NCBI GenBank assembly: GCA_038134595.1
Contig: JAYPVM010000001.1
Span: 96,001-160,000, forward strand
Length of the DNA: 64,000 nucleotides
DNA from: Pseudomonadota bacterium
GTDB lineage: Bacteria; Bdellovibrionota_C; UBA2361; OMII01
Direction: 5' to 3'
The position numbers and the translations under genes were made by a program. Positions within the stretch are counted from its first letter, which is position 1. Each line of letters begins with the position of its first letter. The notes under the pieces are model-generated. The model was given only the letters and a program-made list of their open reading frames with translations. It was not told where the DNA came from and did no database searches. Of the stretch, positions 20,851 through 30,979 are shown in pieces.

Positions 20851-23025
20851 CTACTTTGCAAAAAGGCTTGCTACATAACGGAGCACCTCTGTTGCGCTAT
20901 CATCATTGTATCCAAATTGGGATATGAGGCGGCCCTTAAGCAGATCAAACCGTTGCTGTTGCTCCTCATCTTGAACAACTGAGACAAAACGAGAGATCTG
21001 AATCTGATCTTTGGTATCTTCAAATAGCTTCTTCTCAAGAGCCTCGCGTAGACGTTCATTATCTAGGGGATCGAATCTGCGGTCTGAGGCTGCCATCGCA
21101 CCTATTGTCTCAAGAATTTCTCTACGAAAATCATCTTTAGCGGTCTCAGCTATTCCAATTTTCTCTTCTACTGCTCGCATGAAGTTCTCATCGGGCTCGT
21201 CCAGATTCTGAGTTACTGGGTTTTTAACCTTTTGCTTTCGCTGATAGGCTGAGATATTTTCGACGTATTTCTGTCCCATGCTTTGAAGTGCTTTAACATC
21301 TCCTGCTATTGCAAGATTAACTTCTTTTTTGATCCGCTCTTGATACTCTTGCTCCACTTGCCCCAAGACGCCCATCAACCTCTCTTTTTCGTCTTCTGAA
21401 TTAACATGTGGATTCTCTGGCAATCGTTGCCGTAACATATTTAAAAGCATAAATGGACTTAAAAACTTCTTAGCTTCCTCGGTATCTCGCACAAGACATG
21501 CGGCCAGCGTGTCCTGAATAAATCGTGGAGATATTCCGCTATGCCCCTCTCGGGGCGCCGCATCTTGGATCTCGCGAACACTCTGCTCGGTATAACCCGC
21601 AACTGACTCGCCATCATAGAGCTTCATTTTCTGAAGGACACTTAGCCCGCCCTTCTTGGGATCCTCTAACCTTGAGCAAACCGCAAACATAGCCGCAACC
21701 TCCATGGTGTGTGGGGCAATGTGGCGTCCCGTGCGCTCCTCTGTAAAGTCTTTCTCATAGATTCTTCGTTCATCTCTGAGCGTTAGAACGTAAGGGATAT
21801 CAATCTTAAGGGACCTGTCCCGCAATGCCTCTTGAAATCGGTCTTGCTGTAGTTTTTCGTATTCAGCTTCGTTTGTGTGTCCCAAAAGCACTAAATCAAT
21901 CTCGGTTTGAGCGAATTTCTTGGGCTTTATCATCCTTTCTTGCGTTGCTGTTAACAGCTCGTACAAGAACTCTCTTTCAAGCTTTAATACCTCAATGAAT
22001 TCGGCTATTCCACGGTTAGCTCGGCAGAGCTCTCCATCAAAACTAAAAGCACGGGGGTCTGAATCCACCCCGTACTCAGCCAGCTTTCTAAAGTTTATAT
22101 CTCCTGTTAACTCTGCTGTATCTTGTCCTTTTGGATCTTTTGGTTGAAACGTTGTAATACCGGATCTATCTTCCTCTGATATAATTACCCGCCTTACCAC
22201 CACATGGTCGAGCACTTTGTCGACGTCACCTTCATAGCGCTCGAGTAGGTCTTGCACTCGAAAGCGACTTGCAGGATCTAATCCTCCATTAATTTGAACT
22301 CTTTGCTCGTCTTTTGTCTTAGTTTGATTGAAAAGGTTTAGAAAATCAGATCTCAAATTTTGTGGAACAATACTTAACGGATCGACATTCATAGGAGAGT
22401 ATTCAATCTCTTGGTCAAGTGCCTCTTGGAGCATCTTTGCGTTATCTGTGGCTGATTTTTCTCTATCTCGTACGGGCACGCATGATACTCCAAACGTATA
22501 CACAGCTCCCTCGGCAGTTGCTGCATAGCGCTCTAGCCCCTTTTTTAGTAGTCGTGCAATGGTGCTTTTGGATGAACCGACAGGCCCAAGCATCAAGAAC
22601 AATCTTTTCTGGGGGCCGTACCCTTTTGCCGCTGACTCGAAAAACTGTACTAGCTTGTCAAGATGCGCATCGAGTCCATAGACAGCATCTTCTCCGTTTC
22701 CAAGTGGATCGTCGAAAAACTTATGTCGTGTGTATTCTCTCCCTGCCAGTGTATATTTCTCAGAACCATGCGACATAATCATCGAATGAATTCTTTGAAA
22801 TGCATTTTGGGTTACAGCTGGGTTCTCAGCTATGAGCTTTACATAGTCATCAAAAGACCCCTGCCAGTGAAGATCCCTGTAGGTTTTCTGCAATTCTTTT
22901 TTGCGAAACATATCTCGAAAGCTTCCCAGGTCGGATGACCCCGATCTTTGTGATAGCGTATCGGTGTTTTGTGAGTTTCCATCAAATTGTCGTGGGCTCT
23001 TATCATCCCTCTGTGGCTCATTCAT
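20851..23025 (-). CDS. prkA: PrkA/YeaG-family AAA+ serine protein kinase
   Basis: LGPVGSSKST, FQPKD, SDPRAFSFDGELCRANRG, HTNE and IAPHT; ATG 23025 with GGAGG RBS. Confidence 0.92.
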   Translation of the reverse strand: MNEPQRDDKSPRQFDGNSQNTDTLSQRSGSSDLGSFRDMFRKKELQKTYRDLHWQGSFDDYVKLIAENPAVTQNAFQRIHSMIMSHGSEKYTLAGREYTRHKFFDDPLGNGEDAVYGLDAHLDKLVQFFESAAKGYGPQKRLFLMLGPVGSSKSTIARLLKKGLERYAATAEGAVYTFGVSCVPVRDREKSATDNAKMLQEALDQEIEYSPMNVDPLSIVPQNLRSDFLNLFNQTKTKDEQRVQINGGLDPASRFRVQDLLERYEGDVDKVLDHVVVRRVIISEEDRSGITTFQPKDPKGQDTAELTGDINFRKLAEYGVDSDPRAFSFDGELCRANRGIAEFIEVLKLEREFLYELLTATQERMIKPKKFAQTEIDLVLLGHTNEAEYEKLQQDRFQEALRDRSLKIDIPYVLTLRDERRIYEKDFTEERTGRHIAPHTMEVAAMFAVCSRLEDPKKGGLSVLQKMKLYDGESVAGYTEQSVREIQDAAPREGHSGISPRFIQDTLAACLVRDTEEAKKFLSPFMLLNMLRQRLPENPHVNSEDEKERLMGVLGQVEQEYQERIKKEVNLAIAGDVKALQSMGQKYVENISAYQRKQKVKNPVTQNLDEPDENFMRAVEEKIGIAETAKDDFRREILETIGAMAASDRRFDPLDNERLREALEKKLFEDTKDQIQISRFVSVVQDEEQQQRFDLLKGRLISQFGYNDDSATEVLRYVASLFAK

Positions 23026-23068
23026 ACTAAACCTCCATTTCACACATTAAAAACTTTTTCTTTGTTTC

Positions 23069-24214
23069 TTATCTTCCTGTCCCGAGTAAATCTTTTATTA
23101 CTGGTATAATGTCTTCTCTGTCTTCCATATCAGTAGTCACTACAGACTCATAGTCACCAAACGCGTAGTCTAAGTCGCTTTTAAATCCACCGTGCGGATG
23201 CCTCCCCCCTATCTCGACATAGCCAAATAAATTAACATGCGGCAAAATATCATTTTTAAGGATCTCTTCTGCGATAGCTGAATCGTCTCCCCAATTATCC
23301 CCGTCAGAAAAGTGAAATACATAGATATTCCATTCGTCAGGTGAAAAACGTTGTGCCATTTGCTCCTTAGCTAACTGATAGGCAGATGAGATTCTCGTTC
23401 CGCCACTTTGTCTCGTCGTAAAGAAAGTTTCTCTGTCTACAATATTTGCCTCAGCATCATGGATGATGTAGCACTTCTCCGTGCCTTGATACTGCCTATC
23501 AATCCAAGCATCGGTCCAAAAAGCCGTATTTCGGGCGAGTGATTTCTCTAAATCTCCCATCGAACCAGAGACGTCAATGAGATAAAAAATCACTGCGTTT
23601 GTTTTGGGTCGGGGCTTTAGTCTTGGACTGCGAAACCTAAAATCTTCTCGCACTGGGACAACAACTGGATTATCCGGGTCGTAAGAGTTCTCTGCTATAG
23701 TTCTCTTCAATGCTTCTTTAAAGGTTCGCTTGTTGTCTCGAAGAGATGTGGTTCCATTTTTTGAAATACCTTCATACCGAGGCACAGCCTCCTCTAATCC
23801 TGATGTTAATCTTGGTTTGATTCGCGGTAACTCAAGGTGCTCTCCTAATAGATCAGCTAGCTCTTCAACATGAAAGGATTCCTCCTTTATGTGCTGGCCA
23901 GCTTTATCGCCTGCCTGTGGCCCGCCGTCTCCATCCTCTTCTGCATCCGGGTCTCCGTCCCCCTGACCCGCTCCTTCTTGGTTCGAGCCGAACTGATACC
24001 GGGGAATCTGCACCTCTTTAACGGGAACCGAAACTATATCGTTTCCGTGCTGTGCTATTATCTCATCGCTGGTTATATAATCTTGAAGGTCATCTCGTAC
24101 CTTCCCGCGTATTATCTCGCGATATCGCCTTAAGTCTGGCTCCATTCCTAAAGAAGCCGACTCGAGGGTTGTATGCTGTACATTCTGTTTGGATTCGTCT
24201 CGATTGCTGTGCAT
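23069..24214 (-). CDS. yeaH: YeaH/YhbH (DUF444) vWA-domain protein
   Basis: MIDAS DVSGSM, SGGTRISSAY, WNIYVFHFSDGDNW and FGYVEI. Confidence 0.9.
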   Translation of the reverse strand: MHSNRDESKQNVQHTTLESASLGMEPDLRRYREIIRGKVRDDLQDYITSDEIIAQHGNDIVSVPVKEVQIPRYQFGSNQEGAGQGDGDPDAEEDGDGGPQAGDKAGQHIKEESFHVEELADLLGEHLELPRIKPRLTSGLEEAVPRYEGISKNGTTSLRDNKRTFKEALKRTIAENSYDPDNPVVVPVREDFRFRSPRLKPRPKTNAVIFYLIDVSGSMGDLEKSLARNTAFWTDAWIDRQYQGTEKCYIIHDAEANIVDRETFFTTRQSGGTRISSAYQLAKEQMAQRFSPDEWNIYVFHFSDGDNWGDDSAIAEEILKNDILPHVNLFGYVEIGGRHPHGGFKSDLDYAFGDYESVVTTDMEDREDIIPVIKDLLGTGR

Positions 24215-24215
24215 A

Positions 24216-25862
24216 TTAGCTATTTGTTTTTAGATACCCACTAAACCCGCTATCCATTTTTTTTACCTCGAACGCACCTCGTTCACATGAAAGAACCACC
24301 GGCGTGCCGTTCTCTGTTTTGCTTACTACGTGAACGGGTCTTTCCCATAGAGTCTCTAGATTTTGGGTAGTTGTCGTAGCCATTCCCATATCTAGCTCCT
24401 GTCCCTCAAATTGATGGAGCAGAACTAGCTCTCCTCTGTTAAGGTGATTTGCTTCGACAATCTTCAACATCGGCCCACCGAAGTTAGTTAGTCCTCGTCT
24501 GAAAAAGCCCTTTATTTCTTCGAATTCTTCGGTCGTAACGTGCGCACTGCCCCTTCTATCCCTTTCATAGAGATACATCTGGTTTTCAGCGCAGAAATCG
24601 GCCGTCAAATAGGTGTCGAGAAAGGTCAGGTCACTATGGGTCTTCATGGCTTTAATCATCTCTTCTCGACCAAGCCCCAGACTCAGATCCCAGGTTCGTC
24701 TTGCAGTCATGTCTCTGCAGTCATTCCACTCTCTACCGAATTGACCGCGATTCCACCTCTCCTCTATATCTCGAAACAGTCGAACGCCTAATCGATAGGG
24801 ATTAATGCTTTTCTTACTGGGCGCTAAAACCACTGCATTAAACTCACAGTAATCGATCATCTCACTCGGGTACATCGGCAAGAGATGTTGCGTCATAAGA
24901 TGAGAATGCCAGTAGCTTGCCCATCCTTCGTTCATTATCTTGGTCATCCGCTGAGGCGCAAAATAATAAGACTCATCACGCACAATCGAAAGAACATCTC
25001 TCTGCCAATCTTCTAGTGGGGCATGCTTCATTAAAAACAACAGAACATCCTGTTCGGGGGATATCGGAACCCTTCGCTGCCTCTCGGCGTAGTCTTTTTT
25101 CTTTTGCGCAACTTCTGCGGCCAGCCGCTCCGGAGGATTAAGGTAGCGCTCCATGTAATCGGGTCCTTCGATCCGATTAGGTAAAAACAACTCTCTCTCT
25201 CGCTTCTCTAGCCCCGCACTTCTAGGACCATCGCCCCTATCCCGCTCTATCATAACCGAGTGGGGATCTATTAAATTATCGAGCGAGAGACAGAGATCGA
25301 GGAACCGCTCTACCGCCTCTAGTCCAACGTCATCTTGATAGCTTCGTATTCGTTCGGCATGGTTGCTCATGCGGGCTAGCATCTTTCGGTCTGTATGCCT
25401 AAAGCAGGAGTTGTGCTTAAAAAACATGTTATGGAAGTATACGTGCGCCATAACAGTTCTTGTCTCTTGCACAGAATTTGAGTCAAGAAGATAAGCAACA
25501 CAAGGATCTGTGTTTATCACTAACTCATACGTTCGCCCCAAGCCGTATGTATCTCGCACATCTTGACTTGCGTATTTCTGGCCGAAGTTCCAGTGCTCGT
25601 ACCGTCTTGGAAATCCATCGCGAGCCAATATGGCCTGCAGCTGTCTCCAGTTGACGATTTCAAAGTGCTGTGGAAAGAAATCAAGTGGGCAGGCCTCCTG
25701 CACTTTGTCTTCGATTTCTTGTCGCCACTCTTCGACTAATCGCTCCTGCGCTGCCCTAGAGCCGGCAAACTCGCTCACTGTAAGCTTATGCCTCCTTAGG
25801 GTCTCCGTCTCAAGGCTCGGTGCCCCTGTGGGTAATTCTGATTGTCGAGGGTTCTCTATCAT
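24216..25862 (-). CDS. spoVR: SpoVR/YcgB-family protein
   Basis: HWNFG, YELVINTDPCVAYL, AHVYFHNMFFKHN, TKIMNEGWASYWH and NPYRLG; start set at ATG 25862, just after the upstream stop. Confidence 0.92.
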   Translation of the reverse strand: MIENPRQSELPTGAPSLETETLRRHKLTVSEFAGSRAAQERLVEEWRQEIEDKVQEACPLDFFPQHFEIVNWRQLQAILARDGFPRRYEHWNFGQKYASQDVRDTYGLGRTYELVINTDPCVAYLLDSNSVQETRTVMAHVYFHNMFFKHNSCFRHTDRKMLARMSNHAERIRSYQDDVGLEAVERFLDLCLSLDNLIDPHSVMIERDRGDGPRSAGLEKRERELFLPNRIEGPDYMERYLNPPERLAAEVAQKKKDYAERQRRVPISPEQDVLLFLMKHAPLEDWQRDVLSIVRDESYYFAPQRMTKIMNEGWASYWHSHLMTQHLLPMYPSEMIDYCEFNAVVLAPSKKSINPYRLGVRLFRDIEERWNRGQFGREWNDCRDMTARRTWDLSLGLGREEMIKAMKTHSDLTFLDTYLTADFCAENQMYLYERDRRGSAHVTTEEFEEIKGFFRRGLTNFGGPMLKIVEANHLNRGELVLLHQFEGQELDMGMATTTTQNLETLWERPVHVVSKTENGTPVVLSCERGAFEVKKMDSGFSGYLKTNS

Positions 25863-25873
25863 ACTCGCTCTTC

Positions 25874-28609
25874 TTACCCTTTTAATGCCCACTCTAAATT
25901 CTTTCGTATGGTTTTGTAATCACTCTCTTCTGGATATCCCAAAGTATCCTGCAACGCTCTTATTGTTGCTTTCCACCGAAGAGCCTTCCTGCGCTCCTCC
26001 TCTTTTCCTGCTGTATCTTTTTGATATCGTGTTGGGTCATCAGCGTACTGATTCGTGCGCTCGGCGAACTCTTTCAGGGGTTTCTCGAGGAGATCTCGTT
26101 GAGCTTTTCGCAAGCCTTCCACAAGCTCTCCAAATATCACATCATAGTTTTCAGAGGCTTTTTTGTCGGGGTTCTCAGCCTGCCAGTTTCCAATCTGACC
26201 AAAGAGCTTGCGCCTAAATGCTAGGCGTTCCTCTTCGCTCGAAAAATCAACTGAAGCGACAACTCTATCCTCAAAGTCCTCTAGGAGCTTCTGATTTGCT
26301 CCTCGCTCTCGCTCAGCTACGCGATGCTCGAGCGCTACTTCGGATGGGGACTTCCCTAACGAAACTCTAGCATGCTCAAGGTATCTCTTGATCGAAAACG
26401 TGCTTTCAGCTTCACTTGCTATTCCCATCGCCCTGTAAAAATCATCAAGAATCATCCGTCTCGCATAGGACTCGACATCCGAAAGGATTTCCCTCGGAGA
26501 AGGAATTGGAAAAAGCTCCTCAACATCCTTAGAAGCCTGCCGCCTGAAACCTTTTAGATCGCTGTCGCTAATCTCTCCGCCCTTTTTCTCGGCAGCTGCT
26601 CTTTTTGCCTCGACCCTCTGTTGAACTTGGCGCTCTTTTAGTTCCTTGATCCTTTGATAATAGGAAAAGCCCTCCACGTGTCGCTCAAGAACAGAGAGGG
26701 CCTCTAAAACGGTTATAGGCTCACCCATCCTTTGCACTGAAACCTCTCGCAAGAGATCCTGCGTATTTGCTGTCGAGATTCCAAAGCCTCCGTCGTACAA
26801 ACCTTTCCCTATCTCACCTTCGCCCAATGCATACTCAGTCGCTATTTTAGGGAGATACCTCCGTAAAATCCCGAGGTCATCCTGAGTCCAACGCTTTGCC
26901 TCGTCCTTCTTAAGCATATTTAGAGGAGACTTGACTCCGTCGCGTGGCTCCTGTAGCAACAAGGCTTTCTCCACCACGCTCATAGAGCGCAGCACGCTTG
27001 GCAGATCTTCATGCACGGGCTCAAACGCCTCAGGCGTAGGCCTTATGAGCCTTGTAGCCGTGACGAACAAAGATACTGAATCCAAAACATGCGGACAAAT
27101 TACTCGTGAGGTACCCACAATCGTGGAGAAAAAATCTCTATTAGCAGCCGCTTCAGATAAATATCGAGTCAGATGTGGCGCTGATATAAACTGTATTCTC
27201 CTACCGAGGGAATCCCAGCCAGGACCTCCCATCTTTGCACTAATTAAGTCATCGTTTGCATCCGCTCGTATGACAAGATTTACTTTTTCTCGCCTAATTG
27301 CCGCGGCCCGCTGGAGTGAAACTATCTCCGTATCTCCCGATTCAATCTCATTTAGCAGGTGGTTTAGGCTGGATATATCTTCGCGCGACCTGTCGTGGCC
27401 ATCTGGTCGAAAGAGATCTGAGAAGTGAAGATGGCCCCTATTGGCTCGTAACATAAAACTTTTGGGCATATAAATCTCTCGCTCTGCCGCCCGTATCTCT
27501 TCTGGCGGAGGGGCGTAAGCGCTGTAAAAAGGCTCAATATCAGCGTTCCTATTAGCGGTTCCGCTATAAGAACAAAGTCCTCTGCCCTGTCGACTAGACA
27601 AGGTGTAGCGCTCAATACGCGCATGGCTTCTTATAACCTCCCGAAACACCTCTCCTTCATCAACCGTCCTTGCCTCCTGCTCTTTACTTCGTCGAAGCTC
27701 CTCTCGATAAAAATCTACCAAAGAATCTAGGAGCGATTCAGAAAACGTGTCTAACTCTCCTCTCAGGAAGTAATCCACATTGAGGTCATCGGGCAGACGT
27801 CCATCTGCTGACAAAATAGAGAGCAGCTTGTCGCGCGGACCGTGATTGTCAAACGACTTAGCCAGTAGAAAAAGAGGATCGGTATTGCCCGTGGGCCTGT
27901 AAATGAGCTGCCCACCATGGAGGTCTTGTTGCTCTTCAACCCTTTGCTTTTCCGCCATTAGACTTGCAAAGCCAAACTGCTTCTTTCTTCCTCCCTCGGG
28001 AAAAACCCATACCAATCGGTACAACGCTCCCTTTGGGTTTAGCTCTGAGTAGTTTTCAAGCATTGCATCAATCGTATCATTGAGCCTTGTCTTTCCCGAC
28101 CCGGGAGGGCCATGAAAGACAAACATGCGATTGGCAGATTCCCGACGGCCAAACATCTTCATCTGCTGGTAAAAGTCGTAGAGAGCTAATTCTTGCCCCT
28201 CCAAGATCTTGCGATCTCGCACTAACGTTGACTCCCAAGGCCATTCTCTAAACGAAAAATCTCGTATCTCTCTTCCAAGGATAGTCTTATCCTCAAAGCC
28301 AAAAGACTCCATTGCGTCAGCTGTATATTGAAAGGCATTTCTAATATGATGCCGCGGATCCTTCAGAACAAGACCGATAAAGTCAGATAGTTTTAGATGC
28401 TGACAGGCTATACCGGCCTTTTTTTCCTCAACACTCCTAAACTCCTGCAGAACCGCTTTAGTCGCATCTCCGAAATCTTTATCTTCTATTGCTGAAGTAG
28501 GTCTAGAACTAGCGGAGGCTTCTCCAAGGTGCGGGGAAGAAAATTGTACACCTCGCCCTTTTTCTCCATCTGCATTTTCGCCTTTATTTTCAGAGCTAGA
28601 ATGAATCAT
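25874..28609 (-). CDS. Second, divergent PrkA-like AAA+ protein (911 aa)
   Basis: Walker A HGPPGSGKT, RANRG-HLHFSDL (PrkA ANRG motif) and ICPHVL; first gene of the cluster. Confidence 0.75.
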   Translation of the reverse strand: MIHSSSENKGENADGEKGRGVQFSSPHLGEASASSRPTSAIEDKDFGDATKAVLQEFRSVEEKKAGIACQHLKLSDFIGLVLKDPRHHIRNAFQYTADAMESFGFEDKTILGREIRDFSFREWPWESTLVRDRKILEGQELALYDFYQQMKMFGRRESANRMFVFHGPPGSGKTRLNDTIDAMLENYSELNPKGALYRLVWVFPEGGRKKQFGFASLMAEKQRVEEQQDLHGGQLIYRPTGNTDPLFLLAKSFDNHGPRDKLLSILSADGRLPDDLNVDYFLRGELDTFSESLLDSLVDFYREELRRSKEQEARTVDEGEVFREVIRSHARIERYTLSSRQGRGLCSYSGTANRNADIEPFYSAYAPPPEEIRAAEREIYMPKSFMLRANRGHLHFSDLFRPDGHDRSREDISSLNHLLNEIESGDTEIVSLQRAAAIRREKVNLVIRADANDDLISAKMGGPGWDSLGRRIQFISAPHLTRYLSEAAANRDFFSTIVGTSRVICPHVLDSVSLFVTATRLIRPTPEAFEPVHEDLPSVLRSMSVVEKALLLQEPRDGVKSPLNMLKKDEAKRWTQDDLGILRRYLPKIATEYALGEGEIGKGLYDGGFGISTANTQDLLREVSVQRMGEPITVLEALSVLERHVEGFSYYQRIKELKERQVQQRVEAKRAAAEKKGGEISDSDLKGFRRQASKDVEELFPIPSPREILSDVESYARRMILDDFYRAMGIASEAESTFSIKRYLEHARVSLGKSPSEVALEHRVAERERGANQKLLEDFEDRVVASVDFSSEEERLAFRRKLFGQIGNWQAENPDKKASENYDVIFGELVEGLRKAQRDLLEKPLKEFAERTNQYADDPTRYQKDTAGKEEERRKALRWKATIRALQDTLGYPEESDYKTIRKNLEWALKG

Positions 28610-28738
28610 GCAACTTCTTAAAAACGTCTTACGCCAAGTACAACCGTCTCAGCGTACCACCAAGAATGATTTCTAAGAAGAGCTTTTTTAAAACAGCGGT
28701 GCGACTACTTTTTTCTTTTGCTATGAAGAAGAAATATT

Positions 28739-29257
28739 TTATGCTGAAAAGTTTTCGGGTCTATTTGCAAAAAAATTTTCTACCAAATCTACGCTTCCTG
28801 AAAGCATTGTATCTCCATCAAACACAAAGCGTCCCTCAAAGAGTCGCTTTTCGAGCAAATGTGGTAACCACTCGCGATCATCGACCCACATGCGTTCATA
28901 AGGAAGATCATCAACCGAATTCCAAAAAGGAATCGCCTCATCACTCTCTTTAGGCTCTCCTTTATGACTCTCTGCCCGGAAGACCCAGCATTCAAGTCTT
29001 AGTCCATCTACAAACGCAAAGCGTAAATTCCCAACCCTCATCAAGTCATGCGGCGTGACCGATACCTCCTCTTGAAGTTCTCGGACTGCTGCTTCTTCAG
29101 GAGTCTCTCCAGGCTCTAATCGTCCTCCAGGTGCATTCACTTTTCCGGCGCCTAAACCGCGGAGCTTCTCTATTAGGAGGAGGCTATCACCCTTTACGAC
29201 AAAGCAGAGCACGGCCGTTTCTGTAGGAGACCACGCTGACCAATTGAAATCTTTCAT
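28739..29257 (-). CDS. NUDIX hydrolase (8-oxo-dGTP diphosphatase, MTH1-like)
   Basis: Nudix box GGRLEPGETPEEAAVRELQEE; KLRGLGAGK; LPYERMWVDD. Confidence 0.88.
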   Translation of the reverse strand: MKDFNWSAWSPTETAVLCFVVKGDSLLLIEKLRGLGAGKVNAPGGRLEPGETPEEAAVRELQEEVSVTPHDLMRVGNLRFAFVDGLRLECWVFRAESHKGEPKESDEAIPFWNSVDDLPYERMWVDDREWLPHLLEKRLFEGRFVFDGDTMLSGSVDLVENFFANRPENFSA

Positions 29258-29285
29258 ATTGCTTGTCACCTTCAAAGAAGTTTCT

Positions 29286-29801
29286 CTAGTCAGGAATTTC
29301 TACAAATTGCACATCTCCTGAGCGCGGGTCTAAGAATGCGATACTAAAATCAAGCGCGGCAAAAAGTGCTCCGGGGTTGATAATCTTGGTTATACCAACG
29401 GTCTCCGCTCGCCTCTCATGCGTATGACCATGAAGGACGTAATCATACTCCTGCCTAGAAACAGCATCGTCTATCACTGACATCCGTGTTCCGTGATTGA
29501 CAAAAAAATTCTTTCCCGCGAATTCAAAAATAGCGGTATCCTCGATCGGGGAAAAATGCAGCTCCTCACATTTCTTCTTTAGCCCTGACCGCTCTCCATC
29601 GTTATTTCCGAATACAAAGCGCATGGGCAGTCCCTCAAATCGCTCTACAACCGGAGGAGAGATGATATCGCCGCAATGAATAACAAGCGCTGGATTACGC
29701 TCTTTTATTACTGTTATAGCGCGAGATATCATCCTAATGTCCTCGTGCGTATCTGAGATAATAGCAACTAAATCACACATGGATTTATTCGAGTGCTCCA
29801 T
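29286..29801 (-). CDS. YfcE/MJ0936-family metallophosphoesterase
   Basis: SDTH, HCGD, GNND, HG, GHTH and INPG. Confidence 0.9.
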   Translation of the reverse strand: MEHSNKSMCDLVAIISDTHEDIRMISRAITVIKERNPALVIHCGDIISPPVVERFEGLPMRFVFGNNDGERSGLKKKCEELHFSPIEDTAIFEFAGKNFFVNHGTRMSVIDDAVSRQEYDYVLHGHTHERRAETVGITKIINPGALFAALDFSIAFLDPRSGDVQFVEIPD

Positions 29802-29914
29802 TTCGAATTACTTCAGTCAGTTCTCGGCGACTTGCCGTAGTTAGCCTGAGAAACTCTTGGAGAAAACGCTTACCGAGCCTTCTCCTTAGACGTAAGGCCC
29901 GCACCTTGGAGGCT

Positions 29915-30244
29915 CTACTTCTCAACTTCAAAGTGGATCAACTGATCCCTAAACGGATCATCTGTAAACACTCCGCCTATAAGAATTGCTAGCAGAACAA
30001 ACGGTAGGAGAATGTATATCCAAAGAATCTTGTTCTCATATTTTCCATGCATAAACACTAAAATAACCAGTGAGGCCTTCATAGAAGCTATAATTAACGC
30101 TCCTACGATATTCCACTTGCCGAGATCAACCTGCGCTGCAGCCACGGTTAAAACCGTAAGGCAAAGAAGTGCGATTAGAATTTTCGTAAAAGTGCTGACG
30201 GGAACTACATGTCCCTCTTCATCATGAGATTGAGAATGTTCCAT
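29915..30244 (-). CDS. ctaF: Cytochrome c oxidase subunit IV
   Basis: Three TM helices, IASMKASLVILVFMH; last gene of the oxidase operon; start at ATG 30244. Confidence 0.85.
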   Translation of the reverse strand: MEHSQSHDEEGHVVPVSTFTKILIALLCLTVLTVAAAQVDLGKWNIVGALIIASMKASLVILVFMHGKYENKILWIYILLPFVLLAILIGGVFTDDPFRDQLIHFEVEK

Positions 30245-30275
30245 TGTGAATGTCTCCTGTGAATATCTACAAAAC

Positions 30276-30935
30276 TTATCCAACTAGATAGAGTAGAGGG
30301 AATAGGTAGATCCAAATAAGGTCAACCAAATGCCAATACAGCGCGCTTAGCTCTACGGGTGTGTAGTACTTGCCTGAGAACCTATTGTTCATCGCAGGGC
30401 GAACACCGTAGAGGTACATGACAACCATTCCGATAATTACGTGTAGAGCATGAAGCCCCGTCATGCAGTAGTAGATACCGAGGAAGTTCTTGTACTCATA
30501 GAAATTCTCATTCCATACAAACGGGAACATTCCGTGATGAGCTTTTCCAGAATACTCGAATGTTTTAACAGCAAGGAAGATAAAGCCGCAAAGAATGCTT
30601 ATACCAAAGTTCTTAACTACTGCCTTATTATCTCCAAGCTGCGCTTTGGTGACCGCTACCGCAGCCGTATAGCTTGAAAACAGAAGCACCGCCGTGTTGA
30701 AGGCTCCTGCCCAAAGGTAGAGATGATGACTGGCATCATGAAACTCCTCTAGGTGGTAGTAGCGCATCAGAGCGAAGCTACAGAACATAACAGCGAAAAG
30801 AAGAACCTCTGTTGCTAGAAACAACCACATTCCCAATTTAGCCGCTCCATAGGCCGTTTTGCTGTCCATGTGATGGATGTGTGGCGGCTCTCCCGGAGGT
30901 ACGTTGTGATCAACTATTGCTGCATTTGAACTCAT
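30276..30935 (-). CDS. ctaE: Cytochrome c oxidase subunit III
   Basis: GMWLFLATEVLLF, TGLHALHV and LYWHLVDLIW. Confidence 0.93.
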   Translation of the reverse strand: MSSNAAIVDHNVPPGEPPHIHHMDSKTAYGAAKLGMWLFLATEVLLFAVMFCSFALMRYYHLEEFHDASHHLYLWAGAFNTAVLLFSSYTAAVAVTKAQLGDNKAVVKNFGISILCGFIFLAVKTFEYSGKAHHGMFPFVWNENFYEYKNFLGIYYCMTGLHALHVIIGMVVMYLYGVRPAMNNRFSGKYYTPVELSALYWHLVDLIWIYLFPLLYLVG

Positions 30936-30979
30936 AACTTCCCTGTGTTTGTTTTGCTATCCTTATTCCCTATGCTGCA

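Noticed and set aside
18411..28609. RADAR defence system (deaminase plus AAA ATPase)
   Set aside because: The neighbouring ATPase is clearly PrkA/YeaG with YeaH and SpoVR, not RdrA, and the deaminase carries a different extra domain.
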